From: an uncultured Gammaproteobacteria bacterium
GTDB taxonomy: Bacteria; Patescibacteriota; Patescibacteriia; Magasanikbacterales; GWA2-37-8
Assembly: GCA_964510495.1 (NCBI GenBank)
Contig: CAZECR010000003.1
Span: 550 to 64,549 of the forward strand
Direction of reading: 5' to 3'
Length of the DNA: 64,000 bases
The position numbers and the translations under genes are program-made. Shown one piece after another: positions 7,753-18,800 of this stretch (positions are counted from its first letter, which is position 1; each line of letters starts with the position of its first letter). Below the pieces are notes generated by a model. That model searched no databases, was not told the DNA's origin, and worked only from the letters and a program-made list of their open reading frames with translations.

Positions 7753-9774
7753 ATGCTTCAATGGATCAAACAAAATAACATGACGCTTCGAAAAACTGCC
7801 ACGGTCTTGGGGGTACTGTTAGTGGCAGTTTTTTCGTTTTTAAAACTAGCTCCTGCCCTGGCTCAAACTACTGTTGCACCAGAAGCACCAGTTGATACTG
7901 GTATCGAAGTTGTGCAGCAGCCGTCAGGCCTGGCAGCAACCGATATTCGTCAGATTATCGCTACCATTATTCGAGTAGCGCTTGGGCTTTTGGGTATTAT
8001 TTTACTTGGTCTCGTTTTGTATGGCGGTTATTTATACATGACTGCGGGCGGCAACGAAGAACAAGTAAGCCAAGCAAAAACTATTTTACGCAACGCTGTT
8101 ATCGGTCTTATTATTATTCTTAGTGCGTACGCTATTGTTACCTTTGTCTTGCGCGCACTCGGCCTTGGACAAGGAGCAGGTGGGGGAGACCTGGGCGGTA
8201 TTAACGGCACAGGTACCCAAAATTTTAATGGCAGTGGGGCACTCGGTGGTATTATTAAAGATCATTATCCAACTCGTGACCAGGTGGGAGTAGCCAGAAA
8301 TTCCAAAATTATTATTACATTCCGTAAGGCTATTAAAGTTGATAGTTTTGTTAAAAATACCAATCAAAGTAAAGATGCCAGTGGAAATGAAATTTTTGGT
8401 GACTGTATTAATATTGGGGTTAACATGAACTGGAAAACCGATTGTGACGCGCTTACCCTAGACGCAGATCACATTGCTATTACTCGGGCAGACACTGGGG
8501 CGGCTATTACTGGCGCAGCAGTCTTGGCTACCTACCAAGACGGTAAGGCGTATACCATTGTTATTAGGCCGTATGACTACTTGGGCTCAGGCACAGACAA
8601 AATTGCCTATAAAGTTCATATGGGTTCGGCAATTCAACTCGACGATGCTGCCAACAACAATCCTTCAGCCTTTCAGGTGAGTAGCCTCGGGAAAAATTAT
8701 TACGAATGGCAGTTTACCTGTAGCACCGAGCTCGACACTACGCCGCCAATTGTAAACAGTGTTTTCCCGTCAGATGGTGCAACGGAATCAAAAAATACGG
8801 TTATTCAAATTGATTTTAATAAAGCAATGGACCCGACAGGTATCCAGGGAACATTCCGTGATGGCTCCAATAGCTATGTTCTTGATGGTAATACTATTTT
8901 TCTAAAGAATAACAAAAGTACTATTCCACTTGGAACATTTAACCTGACTAACGGGTATCGCACGCTTGAATTTACTTCAACTAAAGAATGTGGTCGCAAT
9001 GCTTGCGGTCAGCCTATTTATTGTCTGCCGGTCTGTGATACGGCAAATGATCCTACCTGCAAACAAGATGATTATTCACTCTTAGTTAAAGCTGGCCGCA
9101 CGTTTAGCGCTTCGTCATTTGAATCAATTCCTTTTTCTGGAGCTATGGATGTTTCGGGTAATGCCCTCGACGCTAACAAAAATAGTAAAGTAGATGTTGC
9201 CCCGACGACAGGTGATATTTTCACCGTTCAGAATAAGCCTGATAACTATTCATGGGGTTTTACTGTTAAGGACGAAATTGATAATACTGCGCCGTATCTC
9301 ATGCAGGTTACTCCTGGACTTGATGCTGAATTTGTTGCTCCAAAAGATGATGTTACTATGCTATTTAGCAAGCGAATGCGTGTAGAGCCAATGTATGGTA
9401 TTGATTTACAGCAATCACTTGCGAATGCCGAGCCGCTCTGTCGCACGCCACGCCTGAATTTCAACGCAAATAATACAACGCTCACCACGCTAACCCACTG
9501 TCCTTTTCCAACTAAAGATGGGGCGAATTTTTATCCTGTACTTACTTCTGCGATCGAAGACGTGCACTATAACTGTTTTTTCCCAGGCAAAGGACCGGGA
9601 GGAACAACCGAAGTTAACAAGCGTCTTAAGGAATCCTCGCTGTGTAGTAGCGATGGTAAGAACTGCTGTCCGGTAGAAGCAGTTGGGGCAGGTGCGTTTT
9701 GCTGTAATGGGGTTGTTGTTCCAAATGTTGCGAATCAGGCTCAATGTTTGCAATATTTAAAATCGACTCCGTAG
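7753..9774 (+). CDS. Secreted/membrane surface protein with an N-terminal VirB2/TrbC-like pilin module and an SbsA-type Ig-like domain
   Basis: Signal peptide, then two hydrophobic helices flanking YGGYLYMTAGGNEEQ. A downstream segment NSVFPSDGATESKNTVIQIDFNKAMDPTG looks like Big_5/SbsA_Ig. An alternative ATG is at 7780. Confidence 0.7.
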   Translation: MLQWIKQNNMTLRKTATVLGVLLVAVFSFLKLAPALAQTTVAPEAPVDTGIEVVQQPSGLAATDIRQIIATIIRVALGLLGIILLGLVLYGGYLYMTAGGNEEQVSQAKTILRNAVIGLIIILSAYAIVTFVLRALGLGQGAGGGDLGGINGTGTQNFNGSGALGGIIKDHYPTRDQVGVARNSKIIITFRKAIKVDSFVKNTNQSKDASGNEIFGDCINIGVNMNWKTDCDALTLDADHIAITRADTGAAITGAAVLATYQDGKAYTIVIRPYDYLGSGTDKIAYKVHMGSAIQLDDAANNNPSAFQVSSLGKNYYEWQFTCSTELDTTPPIVNSVFPSDGATESKNTVIQIDFNKAMDPTGIQGTFRDGSNSYVLDGNTIFLKNNKSTIPLGTFNLTNGYRTLEFTSTKECGRNACGQPIYCLPVCDTANDPTCKQDDYSLLVKAGRTFSASSFESIPFSGAMDVSGNALDANKNSKVDVAPTTGDIFTVQNKPDNYSWGFTVKDEIDNTAPYLMQVTPGLDAEFVAPKDDVTMLFSKRMRVEPMYGIDLQQSLANAEPLCRTPRLNFNANNTTLTTLTHCPFPTKDGANFYPVLTSAIEDVHYNCFFPGKGPGGTTEVNKRLKESSLCSSDGKNCCPVEAVGAGAFCCNGVVVPNVANQAQCLQYLKSTP

Positions 9775-9800
9775 TTCTATTTATTTAAAATCAAAGTTTT

Positions 9801-12800
9801 GTGCAAAGGCTGGCGCTCAAAAAAATACTATTTACGGTCTGTTTTACTCTGGTGGTTACTCTCGGCTCCCTAACGGCGCTGTGGGTTGTGCATGCTGCAA
9901 CGCCTGCACTTGATGTTGGTCTTAATGGCGATGTAGCGGCTACAACGGGTCTTGCAACTACGGATGTGCGATTGGTAGTGGCTCGAATAATTCGTACCGT
10001 TCTTGGACTTCTCGGTATTATTGCCCTGGTGATCGTTCTGTACGGTGGTTTTTCCTATATGACTGCCGGTGGAGATGATGAAAAAGTCGGTAGTGCCAAA
10101 AAAATCTTAGTAAATGGTGGTATTGGTCTTCTCATCATCCTTTCTTCGTACGCAATTACCAGTTTTGTTATTAGTCGTTTGGTCTCCGCGACTACTGGAG
10201 TAGACAATGGTCAAAACTGTACCGGACCAAATTGCACCGATGGGTCAGGAGGTTCGGGAACAGGTTTTAACGCCTCCGGAAATGCTTTTTATGTTTCGAG
10301 TCTTCCATCTAATGGAAATCTTTGTATTCGCAATGTTCATCCGTCAGTAGTATTTAGTAAAGAAGTTGATATAGCAACTCTGTCAGGAAATGTTGTGGTT
10401 TCCGCAGTGGGCGGCTCGGCTGTTTCAGGAAAATGGGAGTACGGAACAAAAAAGGCTGTGGTGTTTTTTGTTCCAGTGGGTGACTGCGCTCCAAGTACGG
10501 GTCAGGATTGTCTCCTACCAAAGACATCGTACACTATTACTTTCCAGAATCCTTCAGCAATCAAGAGTGCAGACGGTACACAAAGTCTTAACTGCAGTAT
10601 TAAAGGTGGCTGTGGACCAGTAACATTTACAACAGGTGAAGGCGTAGATCGCTTGCCTCCTCAAATTACTATTACCGAGCCTTTGGCGAATGCTAGTTTT
10701 CAGGCCGGAGTAGCTATACCAGTGACTGTTTCGTATACAGACGACAACGGTATTCAAAATGTTTCGGTGTATCAGGGTGCAGCTGTGGTTGGTAGTAAAT
10801 CCGTTAATGGTTGTCAAAAAACTGGCTCAGTCGAACTCAGCTGGGTTACCGGTGGTTTAGACGCTGGCGCTTATACCTTGCAAGCCCTCGGTACAGATTG
10901 GAGCGGGGGACAAGACACTAAAAATATTGCAGTAAATCTTAAACCAAATCACTGTTTTAATAATCAATTAGAGGCAGACCTTGGTGAAAAACAAGTCGGA
11001 CCTACTGCTTGCGGTGGAGAATGCGGAAGCTGTGCAGGCGAAAGTTGTACGGCAAATGCCGACTGTGGCAGTGGTTTTTGCCAAGTCCCAGCGGGTGGTG
11101 GAGCAGGTGTCTGTATTCAGCGCACTACCGTTAACGGTCTTTCACCCAACTCAGGCGCGCCTGGTACTTTTGTTACTGTTTCAGGAAAGTATTTTGGTTC
11201 AACTGGACGTATTTATTTTGCAGCTGTTGCCAATCCAAACATTACTAAGGAAACTGATTGGGTGGAGGCTAAGGCGGTTAGTTGTGGAGCTGGTTTTAAC
11301 AGTTGGTCTTCATCGCAAATCATAGTTGAAGTTCCAGCCAATGCTGTGCCAGGGCCTGTTGCTGTATTTTCGGGCGCAGCTACGCTTAAAGCAGCTGCTA
11401 CGGCCAATACTTCTTTATTTGATACAACACGCGATGCCTGGGGTCCATTGGTTGGAGATTTTACTGTAAATGACGAAGTGCATCCGAGTATTTGTGCGCT
11501 TAATCCCGCTGTTGGCAAAAGTGGTTCAGCGATAGCATTAATTGGTAAAAATTTTGGCCTACTTTCTACAACTGCCAATCAAGTTACCTTTGGTACCGCG
11601 GTAGCAGTTACTCGTCCAAACGATTGGGTTGATGCTCTCATTAAAACAACAGTCCCTAATCTTGAACAAGGCACTGTAACTGTTAGAGTTACTAGCAATG
11701 GCCGCCAGAGTAATGCTGTAACTTTTTCTGTTCAAGAAGGGGCAAGTGAAACTGCGCCATTTATTAATACTATTAGCACCACTTCGGGAGCACGAGGCGA
11801 ATATATTACCATCTCCGGTCGCAATTTTGGTAGTAAATTGGGAGCAGTCTGGTTTAAAGCAGCGCCAACCAGCGAAGCAATCCTGGGTAGTTTTGATTTT
11901 CCGGATAGCTGCCAGGCAGCAGTGTGGCGGGACGATCAGATTATTGTTAAATTCCCACTCGATAAAGGGTCGGTTGGCACTAGTTATTTACTCCAGATTA
12001 AAACAGCCGATGACGCAGTCAGCGCGATTGATTCTAATACAACCTTTGCACTTATTGCCGGCACTCCTAACCCGGGTATTTGTAAAATTTCTCCTCTATC
12101 TGGAACTGTCCCTTTTGCCGCGGGTCAAGTACTAACCTTGAGCGGTGAATATTTTGGTACACAGCCAGGTATTTATTTCTGGAAGGCTAGTGCGAATACA
12201 GCCGATATGAGCAGCCGTGCCCTCACAGCCGCCACTGATATCACGTCTAGAAGCAATAGTACAATTAGCCTTCGTCCACCGGCTGGCGCTCAAACTGGAC
12301 CGGTCGTGGTAGTTCGCGGTGAAGATAGTAAAGTAAGCAATCCAATAAATTTTACGGTTGGTAGTTGTGTTCAAAATAACAATACTTGTCCAGTTTCTGG
12401 GTACACCTGCTGTAGTAGCGGAGCTGATGCAGGTTCCTGCAAACCCGCTGGTGAGCTTTGTTCGCAGGGGGTGCGCTCTGCGGGGTATGTCTGGCGCTTT
12501 AGTTCTGCTGCGATTCCAGTTGTGCCGCATGTTGTTGAGCGCTGTGATGCCGGTACCGATCAAGGAAGAAATTTACCTTCACCATCCCCAAGTATTCAAT
12601 GGGATCAAAGTGCTAATGGCGACAGTCACAATGTGTGCCGTACCGCTTTGGCCACAGTTGAATTGACTGCTTTGATTGATCAAAAAACAGTAACCAAAGA
12701 CACGGTCATTGTTAATAAATGTTCCGGGGTCGATGAAAAGAATAATTGTCTTAATCCAGTTCGTGTTGATCTTACGACCGATAGCTATGGAGTAAAAACT

Positions 12801-15800
12801 GCTATGACGGATAGCGGGGGATCTCCGCATGCGTTTTTGCAAGTTGGTCCTGCAACTCGCTCGTGGGAAGATAATACCTGGTATCAAGTTGCCCTGACTT
12901 CTGGTATCCGCTCGGCAGGCAGTGCTAGTAGCACAGCTTTGGCGCTCGCTGCTGATCGACCGTGTCAAATTGCCGGATCGGCCTATTGTTATGTTTTTAA
13001 AACTGATACAAAAAATTGTGCTCTCAAAGCAGTGGTTGTAACACCCTATAGTTATTGGACTAAGGTACTGGAGTCTCCAATTAAATTGCGTACAAGTGCC
13101 GGTAGTGCTACTGAATTGTATTATCGTGGAAATGGGCTTAGTAATCAGCGTTGTATCATGATGGACGTGAGCGGGTTTAACTGGCAGTGGAACAGCGAGA
13201 ATACTGGGTATGCTGCGATGTATGGGTCGGTTAACGCACCAGTTTCTCAGGTTTCTGCACTTGCCAACACCGTAGCAATCGGTCTCACTAACCCTGATGA
13301 AGCCATAAATATTGTGGCTGTAGCAAGTACCGGTACTGCTTCGTACGCCGGAAAAAGTCCGCTTACAATTGACCTGAGTGACCCAGGTGTGGTTGATTAT
13401 TGGCCGAGATGTCTTGAAGCCTGTACCAACGCTGAAGTTGCGGTGCGTTTTAACACCACAATGTCGCTGCGTAATCTTCCTGGAACGATTCAAGGCGGTA
13501 GTGTGCAACTTTTGAAATGTACTGATGAAAATTGTTTAAGCACGCAGTCAGTTGTAAATCTTAACGACATAACGCTTGATCCAACAAGTAATTATTCAGT
13601 ACTTAAAATTGCCAATTCATTGACGGGTTCTCAATTACTTGAACCTAATACGCTTTATAAAGTTGTTGTCTCAACCGCCTCAACAGACCCGGCTGCGGCA
13701 ACTAACCAGCTTTGGTCGGCCGCCAAACTCAATGATCCTCAGACTTCGAGCAAGCCTTTTAATCAAGAGTTTACCTGGCGTTTTAGAACTAAAAATGGAC
13801 AATGCCAAGTTGATAAAGCGGTAGTAAATCCTCCAGAATTTTTTGGAAAATCAATTGCGGAAAAGACTGTCTATACTGTTCAGCCCTACGCTGCTCCAGA
13901 TAGCTGCAGTACCCAAGGTCAAAAACTTAATCCTTGGTCCGTAAGTTGGAATTGGAGTTCAGCTGATTCCAAGGTGGCATCCGTTACCTCATTTAGTACT
14001 AAGGGAAATAACCCGTCATGTACTCCGAGTTGTATTCGCAAAGGTAGTGATGTTCCGGCGACTCAGGCTAATGTAGTACCTGTATGTGGTAATGGTAAAG
14101 TAGAAGCAGGTGAAGATTGTGATGGGCCAGATAGTGCTAAAGGTTGCGCGCTCAATTGTTTGTTTGCAGGCAACACTGCTGCAACTTGCGGTAACGGTAT
14201 TGTTGAACCAAATTTAGGCGAAGCCTGCGATCCAAAAGATCCTAAAACTGCTACCGGCTGTAGTCTTAGTTGCCGCCATCTTGGTTCTTCGGTAACCACT
14301 GATGCTTCTAATACAAATGCTTCAATTTGTGGCAATAGTAGTATTGGAAGTGGAGAAGACTGCGACACTGGTATTACAAAGAGTGTAGCTAATCCATTGT
14401 CACAGCTTAACTGTTCTCAAAAATGTTTGCATACTGGATCGCGTTTGTCTAAGCAGTGGTGTATTGCTAACGCCCTTACTCGAGGTGGTTTTTCAGGCAC
14501 GGAGTTTGATGCGGCTTGTGGGCTCAGCTTCAGTCAGTGTGGCGATCGTGTTTTAACTCCTGATGAGGATTCTGGCTGTGATGATCCAAATACTGGTTGG
14601 AATAGCGGTGCGTGTACCCAGTATTGTCTGAAGAAAACTTCAACAGAATGTGTGCCAGGAACAGAAGGTTGTGATGCTAATGGTCGTCATACCGGTTCGT
14701 CCCTCCTCTACAGTACTCCATCATCATGTGGAGATGGCACCGCAGGTACTGGTGAAGACGCTGTTTGTGAAACTGGCTTAGTAATTAATCATAGCGGACT
14801 TATTGACCCGTGGACCCTGGCTACAGGAGTTGGTTTGGGCACTCCAAAAGGAGTTCCAGCCGCTCAAACCACTTTTGTAAAAGCTGTTACTAATCAGAAT
14901 AATCGTTCGGTAAGCGGAAGCGGTGTATTTAGTGTTGCCTGTGGGTACCAAACTGATCTCGATTGTAAACGAACTTTTGGTAGTGATTACTCTGTTGGAG
15001 AAAATACCTGTTGTTACAGAAAGCCTGGCCTCATAAGCACCTATCCTGCCAATAACGCAGCTACAGTTTGTCCTAATACATATCTCGAAGCTGTTTTTGA
15101 TAGTAAAATTGATGAAAATACTCTCACCGGAAACGTGCTTATTGCTCGTGGTGGCAACACTACTTGTGCCGCAGGCCAACAAGATGTTACGAATTTGATT
15201 GCGCGCACCGAGAGCTACATCGCTCTACCTTGGTATAAAAAAGTACTGGCTCAGGCAGTCGCAGCATTTAAAAATGTCTTCCTAGGCTCTGATGTTGCTG
15301 CCCTAGTCACTCCTGTTACTAATTGGTGCGTAGGTCAAGATATTGGGGTGGCACGTGTGGCGCCAGTTGTTGGAGCCCCTACATCAACGTCACGAATCAG
15401 CATTCAAATTAACACTCCGCTGGCCTTTACAACAGATTATGCCGTTATTCTTAAAGAAGGAGTGAAGGACACTAACGGTGTTAGTATTGGTAAACTTGCT
15501 ACTAAAAATATTAGCTGGCACTTTTCGACGAGCGATAAAATTTGCGAAGTTAACAAAGTCACCGTCAATCCTCCGGAATGGTCATTCTCCGTTGCCAATG
15601 CTACAACGACCCTTGAGGCTGCTGCCTTTACCTCAAACGGCTCGAAAGTACAGCCAATTCCTGGATTCTATGACTGGCAGTATCGCTGGGGACCAATAGA
15701 CAATCCTTATGTTTCTTTGCAAACAACTAATACCACCCTTAATGTAATTACTGCTCAAAATCGCAACGGTGAGATTGATCTTCGAGCTGAAGCAAATATT

Positions 15801-18800
15801 ACTACTAATAAGTACACCAGTGCTACTGGTCCGGTTGCTACCGGTAGTTCGCACGAAATTGTCTTCCTTTGTGAGAATCCATGGCCACCAAAAAGTATTT
15901 ATATTGATAACCAAGGGCCGTTTACTATATTCCCGTATCAGGATAAAGCAGGGAATAACGATGGTTTTGATCTTAGCGGCAATGTCTTTAACAATTCAAC
16001 CATTCCGGCTTCGATGGCCGTAATGGACGGGTACTTTAATTTTGGCACGTATTATTGTGCAGATAATGGTGCCACTGGAACAGCTGATGATTTGCCGTAC
16101 TTGCGACCCACAGTTCAAACGAGCGGAACAGCCATCTCAGCAACCGGCGCGCTCAAGAAGTTCTTCTTCACCAATGATAAAAATGCTGACGCTATCGGTA
16201 TTCAAGTTTTTGCCAACCCTAAACACTTGAGTCCGACCGACTGGTATTCGCTCAGTAAAGCAAATGGTGGACAAGGCTTTATTGGCAGTACGCAGAGTGT
16301 AAAAGTTGATGGTTATAACGCAATTACGGATGGTAACAACATCTATGTTGATGCGCTCAATTATTCAGCGGTCACCAAAAATATTTACAGCACTATTTAT
16401 CTCTTTAGTATTAATGCGAATGCGGACGCTTCAACTCGTAAAGTATTTGAGCAGCTTTTGACCAACCTTAATTTTAACTCCAATATTTCTAATTACGGCT
16501 ATTGCGGAACTAGTGTTGATAATCCTGGTTTCCAAACGCAGTGTCAGAGCGATATAGATTGTAATCAAGGGCAAGTTTGTTCCAACAGCATTGATAAATT
16601 AAAGCGTAATTACGATCGCTTGCATGGGCTTAATGCTTTTCAGGTAGCGCTCGCCAGTTATGCGGCGCAGCATGATAAAAAATATCCAAGCATGCAAGAG
16701 GGAAGTTATTTGACTGGCCAAACCGTTAGCACCTGGCCTTCGTGGGCAACACTTGGAAATACGCTAGGACAGAGTGCCCCAGTTGACCCTATTAACCGTT
16801 TGACTGCCGCTGGAACATGTTCAGTAAGCACTAATAAATTCTGTACGGTGAATGCTGACTGCGGTGGAACAGAAACCTGTGTACTCCATGATCCGATTAC
16901 GGCTTGGAGCGCTACTGATCGCCGATTTAGTTTTGCTTGTCCACCCGCTTCGTATGCGTATCGCTACGCTGCCGCATCTGCCGGAGCAAACTACACGGTA
17001 CGAGCAAGGTTTGAAAATACCGGCCTTAGCATTACCAATCAGGCTGCGTTTATGGCTGATTTTATTGATCCAACCAAATTTATTACCGATAGTAGCAATG
17101 GTATTTGTAATCAAGATCAGGAAATTGCCAGTCTTAATACCGGTGTGTGTGGGGACGGTGTTGTTAATACGGTTCGTGGTGAGCAATGTGATCCAGTTGG
17201 TCAGACACGCTATGGAGCTTGCAATGCAGATCAGAATGGTAAAATCAAAGTTGATGTATGTGATAGTTCGTGCCGCTGGAAGGCAGCCGATACTGCTTTT
17301 GTGGATTGTTCCTTCCTCAGTAAATGTGGTAATGGTGCGGTCGAAGTAGGGGAGAAATGTGACGACGGAAAGCTCAATGGGCGCTACAATCATTGTACGA
17401 CTAAATGTACGCTCCCGACTAAGGACGACGTTGGTTTTTGCGGCGATGGTGTCGTAGAAGCTAAATATGAAGTATGTGATATTCGAGCCATGATGGACGA
17501 TAAGCCAGGACTTTGTGTTGGCGGAGTGCGAACCGGACAGCCATGTTCAGTGTCCGTGGACTGTAATGCCGTAAATGGAGTGCAATCCTCGTATGGTGGC
17601 GTTTGCAAGTTGATTACCGAAGCCAAGATTAAATATGCCCAAACAAAGAGCGCTTCATGTAATTGGGATTGTCAGTCAACCGGCCCTTATTGTGGTGATG
17701 GAATAGTTCAAAGTGATTGGGGTGAAGACTGCGATGGCGCTACGAGTGCTTGTACTGTTGGAGATCAGGGTGGCAAACGTTCCTGTAGTACTTCATGCAA
17801 GTGGACTGATCCGAGTGCTGTTGCCTGGTGGAGATTTGATGAAGCCTCATTGAAAGATGATAAAATGACGTTCTCTGACGCGTCTGGAATTAACAAAGGT
17901 GTTTGCGACGGAGCTAAGAATGAATGCCCTGTATTTACAAATAGTGGAAAGTATAATGGTGCCTTTATATTTAGTGGTGGTAACTTTGTTACTGTTCCGC
18001 ACTATACATCCTTTGATGTTGCCAATGTTACCTTAGAAGCTTGGATTAAATTAATTCCCGGCACTGCAGAAGGCTGGAAAAACATTTTGCTTAAACAAAA
18101 TGGTTTAAATGCGATGGAAGCAGAGAAGGATTATAATTTCTCTTATTATAATACCGATAAAATTCTCAAGCTTGGTTTTTCTTCGCCCGGACGTTTTGGT
18201 AAGGCAGAAGGTGTGCTCCCAACAGGTCTTTCGGCGGGGGAATGGCACCATGTTGCTGTAACGGTCGCCAATAGTAGTGTTCATGCTATTAAGTTTTATG
18301 TCGACGGTAAGCCGCTAGCCGACGGTAACATCAGTATGAGTGATGCGGGTGTTATTGGTTTGTCTGCAGATCGAAATTATCCTGTGTATCTTGGTGGAAA
18401 TGGTGGTGTTGATGAGCTCAAAGTCTACGATCGTGTTCTGACGAGTAGCGAGGTGGCTGCTGAAGCGCAGAGCCCTTGGTTCTGTGCGCTTGGCGGAGCA
18501 GCGCTCGCGGTTGGTGACGGACCGCGTTGTGGGGATGCTAAAGTAGATACTGGTGAAGCCTGTGATAAAGGTGCTGCTAACGGACAAAGCTGTAACCCAA
18601 GTTACGGTAAAACCTGTGCATACTGCTCTAATGATTGTAAGAATATTATTGATGTTCAAGCCAAGACCTACTGCGGGGACGGTGTGGTACAAGGAACACC
18701 TTTTGGCAACGAAATCTGTGACATGGATGCAGTTAGTAAATCGGTGTATGTCTTAAGCGCTTCACCATTGACCGAAAACACCTTTAACGCAGCGCACGGT

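Noticed and set aside
12579-13508. 309-aa ORF antisense to the giant gene, plus other internal ORFs (10390-10623, 11213-11578, 12132-12563, 14778-15182, 16821-17393 etc.)
   Set aside because: They are embedded in and antisense to, or out of frame with, a 3376-codon open frame. Their composition is low-complexity with no start signals.
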